Positions 60,624-64,000 of a stretch of DNA of 64,000 bases are shown piece by piece; the first letter of the stretch is position 1, and each line of letters begins with the position of its first letter. The notes under the pieces were generated by a model, which saw only the letters and a list, made by a program, of their open reading frames with translations, ran no database searches and had not been told where the DNA came from. The DNA is taken from the NCBI GenBank assembly GCA_003973265.1, contig QNYZ01000037.1, positions 2,220 through 66,219 of the forward strand, read 5' to 3'. Source of the DNA: Deltaproteobacteria bacterium (GTDB taxonomy: Bacteria > Desulfobacterota > Desulfobacteria > Desulfobacterales > QNYZ01). A program made the translations under genes and the position numbers.

Positions 60624-63053
60624 ATGATTGATCAGGCCAGAGTTGTCATAATTGGCGGGGGAATTACCGGGTGCAGCGTATTGTATCATCTGGTAAAAGC
60701 CGGGGTAAAAGATGCGGTGCTGGTGGAAAAAGGGGAGCTGACCAGCGGGGCGACCTGTCATGCCGCGGGGATGTTGACCCAGTTTAATACCTCACCGACA
60801 ATTATGCGTATGCGCCAGTACAGCGCTAAATTATACCATGAACTTAATGCGTACGAACAGGTGGGCAGTGTCAATATTGCTGCCAGCCCGCAGATGCTCA
60901 AAACTCTCCAGCGCAATGTCAGCCGGGCCCGGGGGATCGGTCTGGAAGTCGGTATTATTTCGGCCCGGGAAACCCTTGATCTGCTGCCCTGGGCAAGTCC
61001 CGACAATATCGAAGGTGCCGTCTACCTTCCCGAAGACGGCCACATCGATCCCCACGGCGCCACCTATGCCGTGGCCAAGGCGGCTACCGACCTGGGGGCC
61101 ACCATCCTTATCCGAACCCGTGTGACGGGTATCGACGTGTCCGGGCAGGGCGAAGTGATGGGGGTCAGGACGGACAAGGGGAATATCCGCTGCGAGATCG
61201 TTGTTAATGCCGCCGGAATCTGGACGGCCCAGGTGGCGGCCATGGTGGGCGCAAAAGTACCCTGCACGCCGGTGGTCCATCAGCATATTGCCATGGAGCC
61301 GGTTGAAGGCCACGAGATCCCCGGCGACAGCCCGACCTTCCGGGATTATGAGGCGCTGGTATACGGGCGACCCGAAGGCGGCAGCTATCTGGTGGGCGGG
61401 TGGGAGCCGAATCCGCCATCCCAGTGGATAGACGGGGTGCCGTGGGAGCATGAGTCGTCGGACCTGCCCAACGATTTTGACCGGTTTGCGCCTATGCTGG
61501 AAGATACCATCAAACGTTTTCCGTTTCTGGCCGAATCCGGGATGGTGAACCTGGTGGCCCATCCCGATGCGTTTACCCCGGATAACGGCCCGCTTCTGGG
61601 GCCATGGCCCGGCATCAGGGGGTTCTGGTTTGCCGGAGCGTCCTGCATGCACGGGTTTGGCGGCGGCGGCGGTTTCGGAAAAATCATGGCCGAGTGGATC
61701 ACCACCGGCCAGACCGAATGGGACGTCCATGCCTTCCGGGCCTGGCGGTTCAGCCCGCATTATCTGGACCCGTTCTATGCGGCCAGATGTGCCTGTGAGT
61801 GCTATAAATATTACTATCGAACCTATTTCCCCAACGACGAAGACACGGTGATGCGGCCCCGGCGAATCAGTGCTTTTCACCATCGTCTTCAGGATCTGGG
61901 CGCAGTGTTTGGAAAGAAAAACGGATGGGAGCGGCCCAACTACTTTCAACCGGACAAACCCTGGCGCCGGGCCGGTGAAGACCAGCGCGAATGGGGCGGA
62001 TGGGTCAAGCCGCCCTATTTTGACACCGTGGCCCAAGAGGCCGGGGCCGTGCGCCAGCGGGTGGGAATTTTCGATCTGAGTTCTTTCGGCAAGATCGATC
62101 TGACCGGGCCGGGGGCGTTGGCCCTGATCCAGCGGATTACCGATAACAATATGGATCGGCCGGAAGGTACGGTGATCTACACCCAGTTTCTGAACCAGAC
62201 CGGCGGAATTGTGGGCGATGTCATGGTGACCCGCCTGGGACCGGAACATTTCCGGATCATCAGCGGTTCCGGCACCGTGAATTCCGATCTGGGATGGATT
62301 AAATTGAACCGGCAGGACGAGGATGCAGCGGTGACGATTTCTGACCTGACGAACCGGCTGGCCGTGATCGGTATCTGGGGGCCTCAGGCGAGAAACGTGC
62401 TGCAAACCATTACGACATCCGATGTATCCCACAGCGGTTTTCCGTATATGACGGCCGCCACCATTGATATCGGCGGTATTTCCGTTCTGGCCCAGCGGGT
62501 GACCTATGTGGGCGAGCTGGGTTGGGAACTCTATGTCCCGACAGAACGTGCGATTTTTATCTGGGATCAATTATGGGCAGCCGGGAAACAATTCGAGATG
62601 GCGGCCTGTGGGTACAAGGCCATCGATTCCCTGCGGCTCGAAAAAGGCTACCTGGCCTTTGCCGGCGATATCACCCCCCTTGAGAATCCGTTTGAGGCCC
62701 GGCTGGGATTTTGTGCCCGGTTGGATAAAGGGCATTTTATCGGGCGGGAGGCCCTCAAGCAGGCCATGGATACCGGTACCCGGCAACGGCTCTGCACGGT
62801 GGTAGTTGGCGACGGGACCTACCAGACCCTGTATGGCGGCGAAGCGGTCTATTACCGGGGTGAGGTTGTTTCCCGACTGCGAAGCGCCGGGTACGGGTAT
62901 GCTGTCCGGCAAAATATTGGATTTGCCTACCTGCCGATGGAACTGGTCGCAGAGGGAACCGCGCTTGAGGTCGATCTGTTCGGAGAACGGGTTTCGGCCA
63001 GGGTAGCGGCGGATGTGCTCTACGATCCCCAGGGAAAAGCGATCCGCCAATAG
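60624..63053 (+). CDS. Dimethylglycine/sarcosine dehydrogenase-like FAD oxidoreductase with GcvT folate-binding domain
   Basis: GGGITG, GATCHAAG, FTPD, GWERP, DLSSFGK, YVGELGWE, SLRLEKGY. Confidence 0.92.
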   Translation: MIDQARVVIIGGGITGCSVLYHLVKAGVKDAVLVEKGELTSGATCHAAGMLTQFNTSPTIMRMRQYSAKLYHELNAYEQVGSVNIAASPQMLKTLQRNVSRARGIGLEVGIISARETLDLLPWASPDNIEGAVYLPEDGHIDPHGATYAVAKAATDLGATILIRTRVTGIDVSGQGEVMGVRTDKGNIRCEIVVNAAGIWTAQVAAMVGAKVPCTPVVHQHIAMEPVEGHEIPGDSPTFRDYEALVYGRPEGGSYLVGGWEPNPPSQWIDGVPWEHESSDLPNDFDRFAPMLEDTIKRFPFLAESGMVNLVAHPDAFTPDNGPLLGPWPGIRGFWFAGASCMHGFGGGGGFGKIMAEWITTGQTEWDVHAFRAWRFSPHYLDPFYAARCACECYKYYYRTYFPNDEDTVMRPRRISAFHHRLQDLGAVFGKKNGWERPNYFQPDKPWRRAGEDQREWGGWVKPPYFDTVAQEAGAVRQRVGIFDLSSFGKIDLTGPGALALIQRITDNNMDRPEGTVIYTQFLNQTGGIVGDVMVTRLGPEHFRIISGSGTVNSDLGWIKLNRQDEDAAVTISDLTNRLAVIGIWGPQARNVLQTITTSDVSHSGFPYMTAATIDIGGISVLAQRVTYVGELGWELYVPTERAIFIWDQLWAAGKQFEMAACGYKAIDSLRLEKGYLAFAGDITPLENPFEARLGFCARLDKGHFIGREALKQAMDTGTRQRLCTVVVGDGTYQTLYGGEAVYYRGEVVSRLRSAGYGYAVRQNIGFAYLPMELVAEGTALEVDLFGERVSARVAADVLYDPQGKAIRQ

Positions 63054-63072
63054 AAATATCAAACGCGTCAAA

Positions 63073-63106
63073 CGGGTGGTCGCTGCAAAAAGGCGGCGGT
63101 CACCCG
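63073..63106 (+). terminator. Hairpin downstream of the oxidoreductase
   Basis: CGGGTGGTCGCTG...CGGCGGTCACCCG pairing with G-U; no clear U tract. Confidence 0.4.
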
Positions 63107-63320
63107 CTTGGTCACGGTCCTGGTGGCGCGTTGATTCGGATGCCGGATAGTCCGCTTTTAACCCGCATTACGCACGAACAAAATTGCCGGCCTTATCAGC
63201 CTCTCCGCTTTTCTTTGCTAACCCGTTCGAAACCTTGACAAAATCTCTTCAGACTGTTAAACGCTTTGTCGTACGATTTGTGACAACAATTGTACGGCTG
63301 TGACAATAACAGGATTCGGC

Positions 63321-64000
63321 ATGCAGCATTCCTACAATCTGGCAAATATCGGTCTGTCCGATTATGCAATCCACACCTACCTGTCACTTCTCAAGGCCCA
63401 TCCTGTCAACGGGTCTCAGTTGAGCAGGCAGTCGGGAATTCCGCGGGCGCGGATTTACGATATCCTTCGGATGCTGAAACGACGGGGGTTTGTTGCCGAA
63501 GCGGGGAAGGGGAAGTTTGTACCGTTGCCCCCCGATGAACTGATCAAGCAGTTGCGGCGGGATTACGAGGCGGATCTTAATCGTTTTAAAGACCTGGTAA
63601 ACGACGTGGATGCTCCGGCTGGTCACGATTTTATCTGGACGATTATCGGGTATCAGCGGGTTATGGCCAAGGCCGGCGAGATGATTGATGCGGCCGAAAA
63701 CGAAATTTATGTCCGCCTGTTCCGACAGGAAGCCGACGTATTGGTGCCGGCCCTGAAAAAGGCAGAACAGCGGGCCGTGCCGGTCAAATGCATTTTCATG
63801 GAGCCGTTTCCCGACACCTTTAATGTCCAGGTGATCCACCCGCAGCACGAGCTGGTGGAAGAAAAATTAGGCGGGCGGTCGTTTGATCTGATCGTGGACA
63901 GGGAAGAGTTTATTGGCGGTATGTTCACACCGGAGAAAGTCGACGCCTGCCGGATCAACTGGAGCCGGAACCGATGGTTTGTCCTGGCCGGGCGCGACAG
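63321..64000 (+). CDS. TrmB family transcriptional regulator (3' end outside window; not in ORF track)
   Basis: Open frame from ATG 63321 to the edge: MQHSYNLANIGLSDYAIHTYLSLLKAHPVNGSQLSRQSGIPRARIYDILRMLKRRGFV, matching the TrmB wHTH pattern. Confidence 0.9.
   Translation, partial: MQHSYNLANIGLSDYAIHTYLSLLKAHPVNGSQLSRQSGIPRARIYDILRMLKRRGFVAEAGKGKFVPLPPDELIKQLRRDYEADLNRFKDLVNDVDAPAGHDFIWTIIGYQRVMAKAGEMIDAAENEIYVRLFRQEADVLVPALKKAEQRAVPVKCIFMEPFPDTFNVQVIHPQHELVEEKLGGRSFDLIVDREEFIGGMFTPEKVDACRINWSRNRWFVLAGRD

Noticed and set aside
60831-62570. 579-aa minus-strand ORF
   Set aside because: Antisense shadow of the GC-rich oxidoreductase gene.
63290-63958. Track ORFs 63290-63538 (+), 63384-63848 (-) and 63707-63958 (-)
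   Set aside because: Explained as alternative frames of the TrmB gene starting at 63321.

Overview
Gene-dense, mostly core-genome window. Gene content (NIL-ferredoxin, hflKC, ExeAB, RicT, lpxH/lptD, TRAP) suggests an anaerobic Gram-negative bacterium, most likely Desulfobacterota/Desulfobacterales (inference). It holds about 50 CDSs and one tRNA-Arg(CCG). I saw no transposase, integrase, CRISPR array or rRNA. Housekeeping genes: folC, rpsU, mnmA, mtaB, xth, groES/groL, hflKC, eno, pyrG, metG, holB, IHF/HU, lptD, ftsK, tex. The left end carries an RND pair and a TRAP transporter with a homocysteine S-methyltransferase-domain gene; the right end carries an amidohydrolase, a DMGDH-like flavoprotein and a TrmB regulator. 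Two real-looking genes are missing from the ORF track: a 32-aa bS22/AURKAIP1-like protein (25309-25407) and the TrmB regulator running off the right edge. Most unusual items: (1) a cysteine synthase-CysRS fusion whose CysRS half lacks KMSKS; (2) a 1258-aa GlmS-like protein with a non-terminal candidate catalytic Cys, large insertions and a ~200-aa C-terminal extension, next to a transpeptidase-only PBP; (3) an acyltransferase-lipase fusion; (4) a NIL-ferredoxin translationally coupled to mnmA and followed by mtaB; (5) a NusG paralogue inside a housekeeping gene run. All calls are by-eye motif recognition without database searches, so novelty is unverified.
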